Shown: positions 39,612 to 52,540, counted from the stretch's first letter. The stretch is DNA of 64,000 nucleotides from Octopus sinensis (GCF_006345805.1 NC_043002.1:86924001-86988000), one strand, 5' to 3'. A program made the numbers and translations. The notes: a model not told the origin generated them from the sequence alone.

Positions 39612-39998
39612 GGCGTAGGAGTGGCTGTGTGGTAAGTAGCTTGTTTACCAACCACATGGTTCCGGGTTCAGTCCCACTGCATGGCACCTTGGGCAAGGGT
39701 CTACTACTATACCCTCGGGTCGACCAAAGCCTTGTGAGTAGATTTGGTAGACAGAAACTGAAAGAAGCCCGTTGTATATATGCATGTGTGTGTATGTTTG
39801 TGTGTCTGTTTTTGTCCCTCCAACATCGCTTGACAACTGATGCTGGTGTGTTTATGTCCCTCGGTTTGGCAAAAGAGACCAATAGAATAAGTACTAGGCT
39901 TACAAAGAATAAGTCCTGGGGTTAATTTGCTTGACTAAAGGCGGTGCTCCAGCATGGCCACAGTCAAATGACTGAAACAAGTAAAAGAGTAAAGAGTA
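39612..39998 (+). mobile_element. SINE family 1
   Basis: Head GGCGTAGGAGTGGCTGTGTGG, B box GGTTCAGTCCC, standard tail. Confidence 0.92.
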
Positions 39999-41688
39999 GA
40001 AAAACCCAGAATTACATTTCAACTAGTCTTTTCATTCAATATAATCTTAAGCTGCTGGAGTACTGGTTTATATATTTAATAGATTAATTTTATTGGAAGA
40101 GATTAAGCCAAAAATCCGCTTTATCACACAAACACTAAATTGTTTTAGATTAAGCTGCCATTCCTATTAATTCTTGGCAATTTATAGATTCGAATTTTAA
40201 AAATATTTTTGAATAGATTCCTGCATGCCAACTGCATTGAGATGAATTTGAACTGTTTACAACATTTATTTGTAGTGGAGACAGTTGATCTGGAACAAGA
40301 TCTTAAAGGTGATTGTTAGTAAATGCTAAGTGATATAAGGTAAAATCCTGTAGAGCATTGGAAGTTGAAAAAGAGAAAGTAAAAGATTTACAATATCAAG
40401 CAAGAGATGAAAATTAATCATCAGCTGTACACTGTGAATTACAGGAGACAGAGGAAGTTAAGAAGAAACAAGAAGTAATTAGGGATTTTTTTATGGAATG
40501 AAAGAGAGAGAGGGTTGTGAGGGTATAGAGAAGCCGTGAGACTTAGCCCTTTGCCTGTCCTGTGAGTCATGTAACACACAAGACATAATCTCCAATTGCC
40601 CATGCATCATATATAATACACATTCCTAATTTTACTTCAAGCACCAATGACCCAGTGGCACAACAAGGACGTGATAGCTGGAGGAGTAAGAGAAGGCTTC
40701 ACAAGAAGTCAACTGGTATTAATTTTTGGCTGAGCAGACTGCAGCAACATGAAACGAAATGCCTTATTAAAGTGCACAATGCATTGCCCAACCTAGAAAT
40801 CAAAGCCACAAACTTATGGTCATAAGATAAACAACTTAACCACTAAGCTACATGCCTTCAGTTGGGATATAAAATAAACAGTGATATATAAAAAAAATAT
40901 GTATAAAAAAATAAACATTGGTGGCTATAATTAAACAGAAGTAAAGACCATGTACAGATCTCAGAGGAAAAGTTTTATCTATAAAATGTCTTTCTAAAGA
41001 TTACCCAACAGCAAAGTAGAAATAATTAGTTACAATATATATTACTGAAAAAGTCAATATTCTTCACACATCTTTGAATCCGTGTCAAAGATGACATTTT
41101 AAAACAAGTATAACAAATAACCTTATGATATATTATCAACATTCTTTGTATGCATGTGTGCAAAACACTTTGTGTCTTGTAAATTAACTCTTTGCTTATC
41201 CAAAGCATTTTCGTAAGTTTGTTCTGAACGGCTATGTACATTTACAGACTTTTAGTTAGCCCTTGTTTCATACGTTCTGAATAGTATGAAGCTTTTCTTT
41301 CATAGGCCCCATGTTACCCCATGGTAGTCAAAAAAACAAACTAAGAATGTGTATCATGTATGATCTATGGATGCCAAGGTAATAAGTCCTGTGTGTCACG
41401 TGTGACATGTAGGTCAGGCAAAAGCCTAAGTAAGATAAAGTTTCCTCCAGCTTTCCTACTCTGCCTCCATAAGAGAAGCTGTAGATGAGCAGTGGGAAAT
41501 CTTAATGCACATCATTAAAACATTATATCTTTTCTCTATGTATCATAGAATTAATTAAAAGTACAAAACTTTGATTCTCTGCCATCAGCCTCAACATATA
41601 CAACAGTCCCCAGTATTTTACAATCAAATCCTCCTCCTCCTTCCATCACCCTTTTTACGTCCAACCCCACAGGTCCCACACTACTCAC

Positions 41689-41854
41689 TAACCACAGTCC
41701 TTCTTTCCTTCCTCCCCAAAACCTCATCCTTCTGAAATTCCTGCCATGGTTCACGATTGCCTTGGAGGGGTTGCGTTGCAAAAGTTCAATAGGAACATTA
41801 ATCTCAATGGTAAGAAGCCCTGTGATAGTTATGGGCACTGCCCTTTTCTTGAGA
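41689..41854 (-). CDS. Candidate exon (LKKRAVPITITGLLTIEINVPIELLQRNPSKAIVNHGRNFRRMRFWGGRKEGLWL); strand ambiguous
   Basis: Acceptor tttttacttgctcag and donor TTA|gtgagt; an overlapping plus-strand candidate 41673-41809 has donor ATG|gtaaga. Confidence 0.25.
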
Positions 41855-42389
41855 CTGAGCAAGTAAAAATGGATTTTTGCTTTTGCAACTCTATCAGAAA
41901 TATGTCATGGACCATATGTTGGGAACCACTGATATATGATAATTTTGTTTATAGTCTATGGACACTATCTCCAGGAATTTAAAAAAGTTATCATTAACCA
42001 TCTGTTCTTGCTGTTAATCACAGTTATTCTGTAAAACTCTGAGTTCAGGAAATCTTGTCTAATGTTGGCAGGGAACAATTAGGAATCATACAGCTTTAAA
42101 ACCCCAGCAATAATAAATATGCAAAACAACCTCATTTGTTTCAACTTATGAGAGTTGGCATGATAGGAATTATGAGGAATAAACTTCAGTAAACTTGCCA
42201 TGCTTTCTTACCAGAACCTTTAAACTTCTCAGATAATTCATCTTATGATATATAGGATAAAGATATTAAAGCAGTGGAAAACTATAATACAAAATAGCTG
42301 TGCATTCTAAATAGTCAAACTATGTCTTGATTTTGGAATGTGCTTTCCAAAATGACAGCTATTTTTTCTCCTTAGTGAAAAGGAAGAAG

Positions 42390-42825
42390 GGATCTTTTTG
42401 GTTTAAACGGCAGTTTTTAACATAATTTCTAGGTAAATAAAATTTTAAACTTCGTATACTGGTAGAATGTGTTCATAAAACATCTTTTTCTCTTGGCTTT
42501 ATTGAGAAAATTCTATAGTTTGTAAGATATTTGGTTTTTAATTTCTTCAATTTCTGCAATTTCAACCAATCAAATACATCCATTGAGGTAAAAAAAAAAT
42601 TATTCTGTACCGTATGAATATGTCCCTCGTTTAAGAAACAGATTGGGTTTATTTACATTTGTGAAGGAAAAAAGATACCCTTCCCCCCAACCGTAACCGT
42701 AACCCTAACCCTAACTAACCCTAAAACAGATTGAAATGCAATAGATCGATACTAGGGTCATAATTATGGGTGACAATTTCATATGACACTGCTAGAAAAA
42801 ACTGCCGTTCAAACCGAAAAGATCC
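42390..42825. mobile_element. GGATC/CCCTAA MITE copy 3
   Basis: Perfect 8-bp TSD ggaagaag; longest telomere-like tract (ccgtaaccgtaaccctaaccctaactaaccctaa). Confidence 0.95.
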
Positions 42826-43569
42826 GGAAGAAGTATGGAATTGTTAGAACCAGTGATTCCTCACCATATTCATCCTGATCAGGGCAGAAAGTGCCTACCC
42901 TCAGTCAAATGCTCAGAGCTAGCTGTAGATGTTCATACAAAAATAAAGAATAAAACACTAGGGAACAAGTTAAAAGAAAGAAAGGTGAGGGTCTCCAAGA
43001 ATTGTTAACATACTGAAAGATTTAGAATGAAATTTTGTTATATTTATCTCCCCTTTAGTTAAGGAGATTGTGTGAGACAGTGCTATCCTCAATGCTAGGA
43101 TCAACTTGGAGAGTATGGGATATATAGAGGACATCAACTTGAGTGTACAAGACATAGGAAATAACTTAGGAGTACAATAGATGTAGAGGAGATCACGTTG
43201 AGAGTACAAGATAAGGAATTAGAAGATAATTTTCAAAGGTTTTGCTATGGAAGGGCATCACCCATGATTTTTGTCCAGGGTCTTCAGGAAAAAGAAACTG
43301 ATTTGTTTTGCTCCAGTGAGAAATAGTACATCAAGATAATGAGTTATCTTCAGGCTGGAGACCTGATCTGAATATATACAACAGAGTGAACTCTGCTAAA
43401 GGTAGCCAAGGGCCAGGTAGCAGTAGTAATTATAGTAGTTGACTAGGCTGAAATAAATCTACAACAAAATAAAACAACATTGTAATAACTACTTGAATTT
43501 TTGAGGTTGAAACCACTAATGTTATATTTCTGGTGAGACAACTGCCCAGCAGAGATATAACTGTTTTGA

Positions 43570-43625
<56 letters not shown>
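43570..43625. repeat. (ATT)n microsatellite
   Basis: Direct reading. Confidence 0.97.
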
Positions 43626-44083
43626 GTTTTTTGAGTTTTGTTTCCATTTCTTGCCAAGTGTCTTCCTGATACCTAGGACAAAGAAACTCGCTGTATATAT
43701 TGGTAGGCCATTAAAATAAATACACCAGATTGTTCATTTACAAAGTTGTGATGGAATAAAAGAAAACGAAAAAGGGGAAAAAAGAAGGCAAAAGAAGAAA
43801 AACAAATTCACAGCAACAATGCTCTTATCAATATGTGTAATATACCTGCTAAAACAACCTTTTGCATTTCTTGCATGGATGGTAAACCAAGGATTCTCAT
43901 AATTATCATCATCATCATCATTGTTAGCAGCATTTCATTCCTATATGTTCTGGGTTCAAATCCCACTGAGGTCAACTTTGCTTTTCTTCCCTTTTGGAGT
44001 TGATGAAATAAGTACCAGTTACGCATTGGGGTTGATATAATTGACTAGCTCTCTACCCCCAAATTGCTAACTGTATGCCAACA

Positions 44084-44117
<34 letters not shown>

Positions 44118-44179
44118 GGATTGCCCTGGGGGAAGGAGCTGTGTGTCTGACATTAACAGGTCCTCCAAGACTGGAAGGT

Positions 44180-44417
44180 GAAACATGGAACAAACTGCCG
44201 GCATCGGTTGTTAGTTGTCGGAGCACTGCATCCTTCAAAACTTCCATGCTTCCTGAGATTCGCCAACACTACACTTGATTTTCTCCCCTCCATACACACA
44301 CAAGCATGTATCTGACTCATACATTGTTCGCTTTCCAGACATTTCTACATTACTGCATGTACTTTATATGCACTTTCTGACAAGTTGTGGTGCACCTGAG
44401 CACTGTATACAATAATT

Positions 44418-44457
<40 letters not shown>
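44180..44457 (+). mobile_element. 3' end of a CR1/L2-type LINE with (ATT)n tail
   Basis: ETWNKLPASVVSCRSTASFKT matches the WNxLPxxVVxxxSxxxFK C-terminal motif, followed by a short UTR and (ATT)n. Confidence 0.8.
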
Positions 44458-44458
<1 letters not shown>

Positions 44459-44842
44459 ATTGACAACTGCTGGGAAAAACACAGACAGAGAGAGAATTCC
44501 TGAGGAAGAACATTCAAAGGAAGAAGGAATGGATGCATTGGTTTTGCAGGCACAAGGAATAGTGGATACAATATGAACGATAAGAGAAGAAGAGACAAAT
44601 GAGTTGAGAATTTGGGGGCAAAGGTGGCATGAGACTAGTAACTCTGAGAAAGAACAGAGAGCATGTCGCATAAAATGGTTACTGTTCTCTGAGTAAAAGG
44701 TAGATTATATGAGGTGTGGGTAAAAAGTGAAGCATGTGATACAACAGTGTGATATGAAACAGTTAATGCTGTTATGAGACAGAAAATTGTGTTGACAGCA
44801 AAAAATTTCTTTACAACTTATAGGAGTAGGATGATATACCAA

Positions 44843-45122
44843 CGTCGCTTCACTGGCACCTGTGTCGGTGGCACGTGTAAAAAGATTCGAGCGAGGTCAT
44901 TGCCAGTACCACCTGACTGGCCCCCCGTGCAGGTGGCATGTAAAAAGCACCCACTACACTCTCAGAGTGGTTGGCGTTAGGAAGGGCATCCAGCTGTAGA
45001 AACTCTGCCAGATCAAGACTGGAGCCTGGTGCAGCCATCTGGTTCGCCAGCCCACAGTCAAAACCGTCCAACCCATGCTAGCATGGAAAACGGACGTTAA
45101 ACGATGATGATGATGATGATGA
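44843..45122 (+). mobile_element. RTE 3'-UTR element (family 4)
   Basis: Two tandem units and a (GAT)n tail. Confidence 0.88.
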
Positions 45123-45469
45123 AGGATGAGTACAAATGAAGTGAAAAAGCAATTAGATATAACAGAACACTGGCCAATACACACACACACATATGTGAGA
45201 GATCTAATCACATTGGTACAGGCATTAAGTAAATATGAATGAGGATTATTGGTAAGGAAGTGTTGTATACTGACAATCAAGGGTGCAGATAACAAAAGAA
45301 AAAAGAGACAGAAATACTTGAGAAATAGTTAGCTTTGAGCTGCAGTCTGGTCTTGTAAATATAATGACATGGGACTGAGATACAAAAGATTATATATAAC
45401 ACAGAAAAACATAGACCCATCTAATACAAACTGGCAGACCTAAGCAATCCAAAACCAATATAGAAAATG

Positions 45470-45784
45470 TAGAGGCACATGGCCTAGTGGTTAGAGCAGC
45501 AGACATGCGGTCGAGGGATTGCCTGTTCGAATCTCAGACCGGGCAATGTGTGTGTTTATGAGCGAAACACCTAAGCTCCATGAGGCTCCGGCATAAGTTA
45601 ATGGCGAACTTCTGCTGACTCTTTCGCCACAACTTTCTCTCACTCTTTCCTCCTGCATCTTGCAGCTCACCTGCGATGGACCAGCATCCCATCCAGGTAG
45701 GGAACCTATACGCCAAGAAACTGGGAAACTGACCCTTATGAGCCAGGCAGGGCTCGAGAAGGAACAAACAAAAAAAAAAAAAAA
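45470..45784 (+). mobile_element. SINE family 2, full length
   Basis: Near-identical to 11908-12219; 10-bp TSD atagaaaatg; A-rich tail. Confidence 0.92.
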
Positions 45785-46371
45785 ATAGAAAATGAGCGGC
45801 AGACCTATACAACCCAAACCAACACAGAAAATGTATGGCAGAGTCATCAACTGAAAACAAAATATAAAGAAGTGTTTATCATGAATTAATCATGTGACAA
45901 GATGCAATACTATGATCTGTGTCAGTTGGTTTAAACAAAATAAATTCTATAAACACATGTATTGCAAACTCATATGAACATATTCAAGCTATTAACAGTA
46001 TATGTAACAATTCAAAGAATTTTTAGCTGCTATAGTTGTCATTGTATATGCAATAACAATGAAATCCACAGCAGCAACACATTATTCTATTCAATGCAAT
46101 AGACATGGAGCCAAATTTCTGTGACATGGTTATCAATATAAATGATATCCAGTCTTGAAAAAGTAATTAACAGAGCATGGGTTTTGGATTGATAGCATCA
46201 TTAAAGCATATGACCCAAAAACCCTTGTAATATTTTTTTTCAGTTCTTCATGTTCAGTATTCAAATCCACCCAAGATCAACTTCACTTTTCACTGTACCA
46301 GGGTCAATGAAAATAAAGTACCAGCCAAGCACTGTAGTACTTATAATTATTTATTCCTCTCCAACTAAATT

Positions 46372-46620
46372 TAAAGTCTTGTTGCTCTTGCTTGATGGAG
46401 CTGGGGGTCATCCCAGGTTAGTGGCCCCAGAGACATCACCATGCAGAGAGCTAACCTGGTCCACCAGTGCTCTCCATTACTGGTGGTACCATGCCAGCTC
46501 CTCTGCATCCTCTAAGGTGATGTTGAGCCTTTGGAGATCTTCTCCAATCACATCTGGCCATCTGGTGTGATGCCTGTCTTGAGGTCTCTTCCAGCCCACA
46601 TCTGTTGCATCAAATAAAAG
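46372..46620 (-). mobile_element. 3' end of a second RTE-clade LINE family
   Basis: Minus frame GWKRPQDRHHTRWPDVIGEDLQRLNITLEDAEELAWYHQ*WRALV, typical of the RTE C-terminus. Confidence 0.75.
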
Positions 46621-46742
46621 TAAAGCTCTTATAGGATGGTCTAGTAGGAGATGGTTAAGAAGTTCAGTTTGCTATCACATAGCCTCAGTTTTGCTCTCAA
46701 TGAACAATACCTTAGGCGAGTGTCTTCTACAAATAGCCTTAA

Positions 46743-46961
46743 CTCTTTAGCGTTCAGATTATTCTATCAAACATAATGCTTATTGATTCACATTGATTTG
46801 AATTAATCATGCATTATCTCATATCTTCAAGATCTTGATGGTGTAATTACTTAATGTAGAATAACATTGTAGGGTAGGTGTGAGAGCCTGGATCTGGTCA
46901 GTTTGAACATAAAACAGATTAACTATTTTGGCCGGATATGGCCGGTTTAAATACTAAAGGG
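46743..46961. mobile_element. piggyBac-like MITE family B (219 bp)
   Basis: TTAA at 46739-46742 and 46962-46965; ends CTCTTTAG...CTAAAGGG. Confidence 0.85.
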
Positions 46962-47018
46962 TTAAGTCAAGGCAAAACAAGTGAAATTTGATACATAGAA
47001 ACTGTAGAAAACCATTAT

Positions 47019-47067
<49 letters not shown>

Positions 47068-47417
47068 TGTTTCTCTGCACTGAGATTGTTTCAGCAGTAT
47101 TAACAATTATTTGTCTCCCATGAACAATATACCTTCAATTCAGTTATTCAACATGGAAAAAAAGAACTTAGCTTGAAAACAAGAGAACAAAAGGTTAGCC
47201 TCATCAGGAAGGACATCAGCCATAGAATATCTAAAGTCAGAAGTCTCATATAACTGATACAAACATGGGGAAAAAAATGGATGCAAAAACATTGATGCGC
47301 GCATGCACACACACACACGCACACACACACACACATTATCTTTCAGTCAAAAGAGAAAGCAGTGTCCATGACTCTTTACAGGGCTCCAAGTCAGGTGTGA
47401 AGTAAAACAGGAAGATC

Positions 47418-47964
47418 TTCGAAGATGACAATGTTACAGTGACTGTGAACTCTGCTCGATATTGTGTGATGTCAGAGACTTTTCTGAAACTAAAATTAAA
47501 TGAACTTGACGATACGGACAATGTGTGGTTACAACAGGATGAGGCAACGGCCCACACTTGTCGATATATGATAGGGATTTTGAGGGAGGTGTTCTCCGGT
47601 GACATCAGTTAGCCTGCCCAATCACCTAATTTGAACCCATGTGATCTTTTTTCTGTAGGGGTACATGAAATCAGAGGTATACACTCATTGTTCTCGATCT
47701 TTTGAAGAATTAAAAGATGACATTCATCAAGAACTTGCTGCCAATCTACATGAAATGACCCATCAAGTTATAGACAACTTTTGTGAACACCTTTGACAAT
47801 GTGTGGACAGTGACAGCACCCACTTGACCGATTTAATTCTTAAAACCAAATGAAACAAAATGGCACTATATATACATTTTGTAAATAAAAGCACATTTTT
47901 CGTTCGTTACTCTATTTCACTTTTAGTACACCTAACATGTTAAATCATTTTGCCGCACCCCGTA
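47418..47964 (+). mobile_element. Tc1/mariner DD41D-type (rosa/Visitor-like) transposase C-terminal remnant with right TIR
   Basis: VTVTVNSARY...NVWLQQDEATAHT...PAQSPNLNPCD...GYMKSEVY...DLILKTK*; ends ttttgccgcaccccgTA; contains stops, a frameshift and a small deletion. Confidence 0.88.
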
Positions 47965-47975
47965 TATATGCATAC

Positions 47976-48026
<51 letters not shown>

Positions 48027-48029
48027 TAT

Positions 48030-48185
48030 GGTGGTTGTCTACTCCTTATGCAGTGTTTGACCACCTCCTGTATCTACACATTAGCACCATCATGGCATCT
48101 AATGTGGCTTTTTAAACCAGACAATGCTCTGAAAAGATACCCACATAGATTGCACCTCCAATTTGGACTACCAAGAGCTGCAGAA
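48030..48185 (-). mobile_element. RTE LINE extreme 3' end with C-terminal C2H2 finger
   Basis: WRCNLCGYLFRALSGLKSHIRCH then stop and a short UTR; flanked by microsatellites. Confidence 0.65.
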
Positions 48186-48203
48186 ATATACATACAGATA
48201 TTC

Positions 48204-48238
<35 letters not shown>

Positions 48239-48339
48239 TATACATATATATATATACATATGTATATATACACACACACACACAAATATATATATAATTA
48301 ATATCTGAGCGAGGCATAAACAGTAGCTGCATGACACCG

Positions 48340-49165
48340 TGAAGTATATTTGCCCCCTAAATATGGCTTGGTAAAAGGATACATATATTTGCATTGAGAA
48401 CTACTTCCCATTGCCAACCAGTGGTTGTCACACGCAGATGATGGGTCAGTACCCAGACACTCGGGTGCGTGTGTATCACGTCAAGCAGGAGATGAGAAAG
48501 ATGACTTCCCTATGCAAATACTTATAGAGCACAGTAAGTGTGTCAATAGCCAGCTGGGGGAATGTCTTCATGGGGCTATAAGCTACAGTAGCATCAACCC
48601 TTTAGGATTAGCCACATTTAGGTGGCAAATAGACTTCATATATATATATCAAACTATATTAATTTTATCTTCCTTCAGTCACCATACACAATCATCCAAA
48701 AACATTGAATGTCTCTTACTGATTCTCTTGAAGCTGGTGACATGGTCACGATAATGATTCTTAAATGAAGCAACTGTCTGCCCAATATAAACATATGGTC
48801 CTCCTGTTGTGTGCACAGTACATTTAAATACAAGATTTGTACTCATACAGATGTTCATCAATGGGCATTTTGATTTTTTTCTGCACGAGCATTTATCATA
48901 TTTATTTGTATATATGGCAGTTCTGACTTCATTTTCCAACGTTGTTACTGTGTTAGCTATATCATAAGAATTTCTACTATTATAATTTGGCCGTAATTGG
49001 TGCTTTTCATTGTGGTTTACATCTCCTTTGTTGGTATTTAGATACGTATGTTCACTAGATCCAGTAGGTGAGTTATTGAACTGTTGTGACATTTTGAGTG
49101 TGTGTGTGTATAGGAAGGTATGTATGTTATCAACATTTTGCACCCTTGTTTTTGCATAGCAGTAT
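48340..49165 (-). mobile_element. Penelope-like element remnant: GIY-YIG endonuclease plus inverted 3' region
   Basis: KCSCRKKSKCPLMNICMSTNLVFKCTVHTTGGPYVYIGQTVASFKNHYRDHVTSFK is the PLE CxC..CPL...VY..YIGxT...H signature; inverted repeats at 48340-48368 and 48610-48638. Confidence 0.88.
48429..48473 (+). ncRNA. Degenerate hammerhead-like fold
   Basis: CACACGCA-GATGAT-GGGT cagt ACCC-AGACAC-TC-GGG-TGCGTGTG; both core strands are damaged. Confidence 0.4.
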
Positions 49166-49240
49166 GTATTGGACAGGAGTTCACACTGTGTCTTGCTACT
49201 TGTCATTCTCCTTTACAACAAAAACAGCCAATATTTTGTA

Positions 49241-49498
49241 GTTGTGCAGGTGGCACATAAAAAACACCATCTGAGCATGGCTGTTGCCAGTACTGCCCGA
49301 CTGGCCCTCGTGCCGGTGGCGCGTAAAAGCACTCACTACACTCTTGGAGAGGTTGGCATTACGAAGAGCATCCAGCTGTAGAAATTCTGCCAGATCAAGA
49401 TTGGAGCCTGGTGCAGCCATCTGGTTCGCCAGTCCTCAGTCAAATCGTCCAACCCATGCTAGCATGGAAAGCGGATGTTAAACGATGGTGATGATGAT
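49241..49498 (+). mobile_element. RTE 3'-UTR element (family 4)
   Basis: Tandem units and tail ...gcggatgttaaacgatggtgatgatg. Confidence 0.85.
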
Positions 49499-50668
49499 GC
49501 AAGTCAAGTTTGTTTTTGGCATGTATTTACAAAACAAAAACAAAACAATATATGTGTCAAGTGTTTCACTTTAGAAATATAAATATTTCATGCTTTTAAA
49601 TAAAGAGGAATTTATCATAAACCAAAATGAAACTTGTTGGTTCTTGCTATTTTGCTTTGATACCATAATCTAATACCAATAGAATCTCATTTTAATACAA
49701 TATAGCTAATGTACACTGAATACTTTTGTAAAAAGAAATCTGCACTTTTCTTTTCTTTCATCCTGGAGGACAAAGTACGAAAGTGAATCTCTCATTAAAA
49801 TAACTTTAAAAGTATAATTTTTTTTTACCCAGACTGTCAGACTCTCAGAGCTGAGAAACGGGATACTGTGCTGTTCATGCCCTTCTAGACAGCATGAACA
49901 ATGTAATGGGAAAAGGGACAGCTCTATGAGTTTTGTTACCTTATTATGACATCTTGTAATTAACAACAATAGTTTTGTTTTATATATCATATATTTTACA
50001 CACAACTGGCACTGCATGACATTATCTTCACCAGTCGATTTGAGCTCACAATGATTTTGGCAATTCTGGCAGGATCACTTCCTCCAGTAGTGCCCAAGCA
50101 GCATTGATGCTACAAAGGAACGTCCAGGTACTTTTGGTCCAAATCGCAGCATGATCCATACCTTCCTTTTAACCATGCAGTCACCATATCTCCAAACCAA
50201 GGATGGCTGCAAACAACCCAAAGATTGCTTCATTTTACTGATACTGACTCCCTCTGCACTTCCTCTAAACCAAGAGGATACTGTCAGTTGAACTACAGAC
50301 ACTATCACCACACTTCCATTGGCAGTACTGCAAACTATATTATTCCTGTGACTCATACAGCTCCCTCTATTCTTCATATTTTAGGCATTTCTTATCATGT
50401 GCACACCTCAACTATACCTCCTCACACATGAAATTTTTGTCAAGTCATTTTATACTATAAAGTTGGGACACAGCCTTGTTATTGCAATATAGCTTGTGAA
50501 CACAGGCACTTCCTCCAAATCCACCTGTACTTTCCAGTCATTAGCACCATTCAAGGTTTTCTTTTCTATCGTTTATGCTCCTTCATTGCCCTTCCATGCC
50601 TTATTTGTAGAAAACAAGATACAATTTGGTGTTGATTCTCAATGCTACTGCATTGCCGTTTGAGTTAT

Positions 50669-50910
50669 GGAGGCACATGGCTTAGTGGTTAGGGTACTGG
50701 ATTTGTGATTGTAAAATTGTGGTTTCAATTCCAGAGGATCAGGTGCTGTATTGTATTATTGAGCAAGATACTTCATTCATGTTGCTCCAGTCCACTCAGC
50801 TGACAAAAATGAGTAATCCTGCAATGGACTGCCGTTCTGTCCAGGTAGGGAAAAAACAGGCCATGTAACCAGCCCTTATGAGTCAGTATGACTTGAGAAG
50901 GTAACTTTAC
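50669..50910 (+). mobile_element. Diverged SINE family 2
   Basis: Head ggaggcacatggcttagtgg; tail cagcccttatgagtcagtatgacttgagaagg. Confidence 0.7.
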
Positions 50911-52540
50911 TTTTTTTTTATTACTTTATTGGCCATTTTAGTGCAATAACAAGGATATTCAGTACTTGGCTCTGCTACCACAAATATTCCACCAAAGAAA
51001 ATATGCCAGCTGTCAAAAGCTCCAATAATGAATAACCTTCACACTGATGACAGTTGTGTCACAGTATTCCCACCGTTTAAAACTGACAAAAGAATGCAAT
51101 CACATCATTCACCAACCTCAGAAGGAATTGCAACCTGGCTAGTTCTAATCTCCATGACAGCTTCTTTCAGTCAAAAGTTTCCCATGCTAACCATACACTG
51201 TCTTCTCAAACCCATTGCTTCTGTTACATACTTGTATTCTTTAATCTGACAAAAATATATCAGGTCTTGTTATCTTGCCTGTTACTCTAGCAGCATATTT
51301 GTCCCAATTTGCCATGTGTGTTTTGCACAACAATCAAGAGTGATCTATACCACTTCAAGAGTTTTCAAGCTTTCTTTCTTGCCAATATTACTAGCTGGGT
51401 CACTTGAACAATGATGCCTATAAAATTTAAAAACAGCAATATGGCAGCAACCTTTTGCAACTTTACATTCTCCACCAACCATGTTACTGATAGTTGGAAT
51501 TTTGAAGTGGCACTATTGAGTTTGACTGCTGTGAAGAATGTGAAGCAACATTGGTAGGAACTAGCTACAAGGCATTCCTAATTCCCTCCCCTGTTGTCAG
51601 TGCTATCTTATGCACTTGGAGTAGTCATAAGAACCTCTAACAAAGGCTTCTTGCATAACACAACTAGCACTTTGCTGCCAAACTGCAGTTGTCTGTAACA
51701 GCAGGTATGGCCTATAGTTAATAAAGCCACTTTCTGGCTCATGGTTGAAGGTTTATTCCCACTGTGAATGCCGTCAGTTGGTATCTTTTACTATAACAGC
51801 AGGTAGATTGACCAATGCCTTATGGGAGAAATTTAATAGTTGGAAACTGAAAGCCCATTGTGTATATGTACATACAAATATATTACATGTGTATGTGTGT
51901 GTGTGTGCCTGCATGTGCATACACACATTGTAAAAAACGTGTGTCACCATTCATACAGACAGTGTAGTTTCTTTGCAATCTTCCTTGAAAGCATATCCAT
52001 ACTGTTATTTCATAGACCAAGGGAAATATTAGCTTACTTGGAAACAAGTGTGGTGGGTTGGTGACAAGAAGAGAAACTAGTTGTAGGAAAAAAAAATCTG
52101 CTTCAATGAAGTTATCATCTAACTCATGCAAGCACGGGAAACTGAACATTAAAATGATGATGAAGATGATAATGATAATATACATTAATTAAGAAGTGGC
52201 TGTTTCCATGACTTTTTGAAGACTATTTTTGCCCAAGGAAATTAATGCAGTTGATATTGCAGTAAACGGAGTCACTAGAAATCTAGAGAGGGACTTGGAA
52301 CAGTGGCAGGTTTGGAGAAGGAGATATGCACACCGTAGATGACAATTTGGAATGGTGAGTGGGGGTAGCATAAAGCCAGCCATTTTGAGGAGGTGAGGGC
52401 ACTGCAGCAGCCATTGAAGATGTTTTTATTATGAATTTCACCTAGTTCAGCATTTCCCAAACCATATGGTCCAGTGACTGTTATCAACTTCCAGGGAAAA
52501 AAATTTACAGAACACCAGGAAACATAAAATAATTGTCATA

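Noticed and set aside
42690-42724. True telomere or chromosome fusion scar
   Set aside because: There are only a few CCCTAA units, at the same position inside each MITE copy.
48074-48394. Host C2H2 zinc-finger gene
   Set aside because: It is a single finger followed by a stop and an RTE-type short UTR, and the rest of the ORF is translated microsatellite; this fits an RTE C-terminus.
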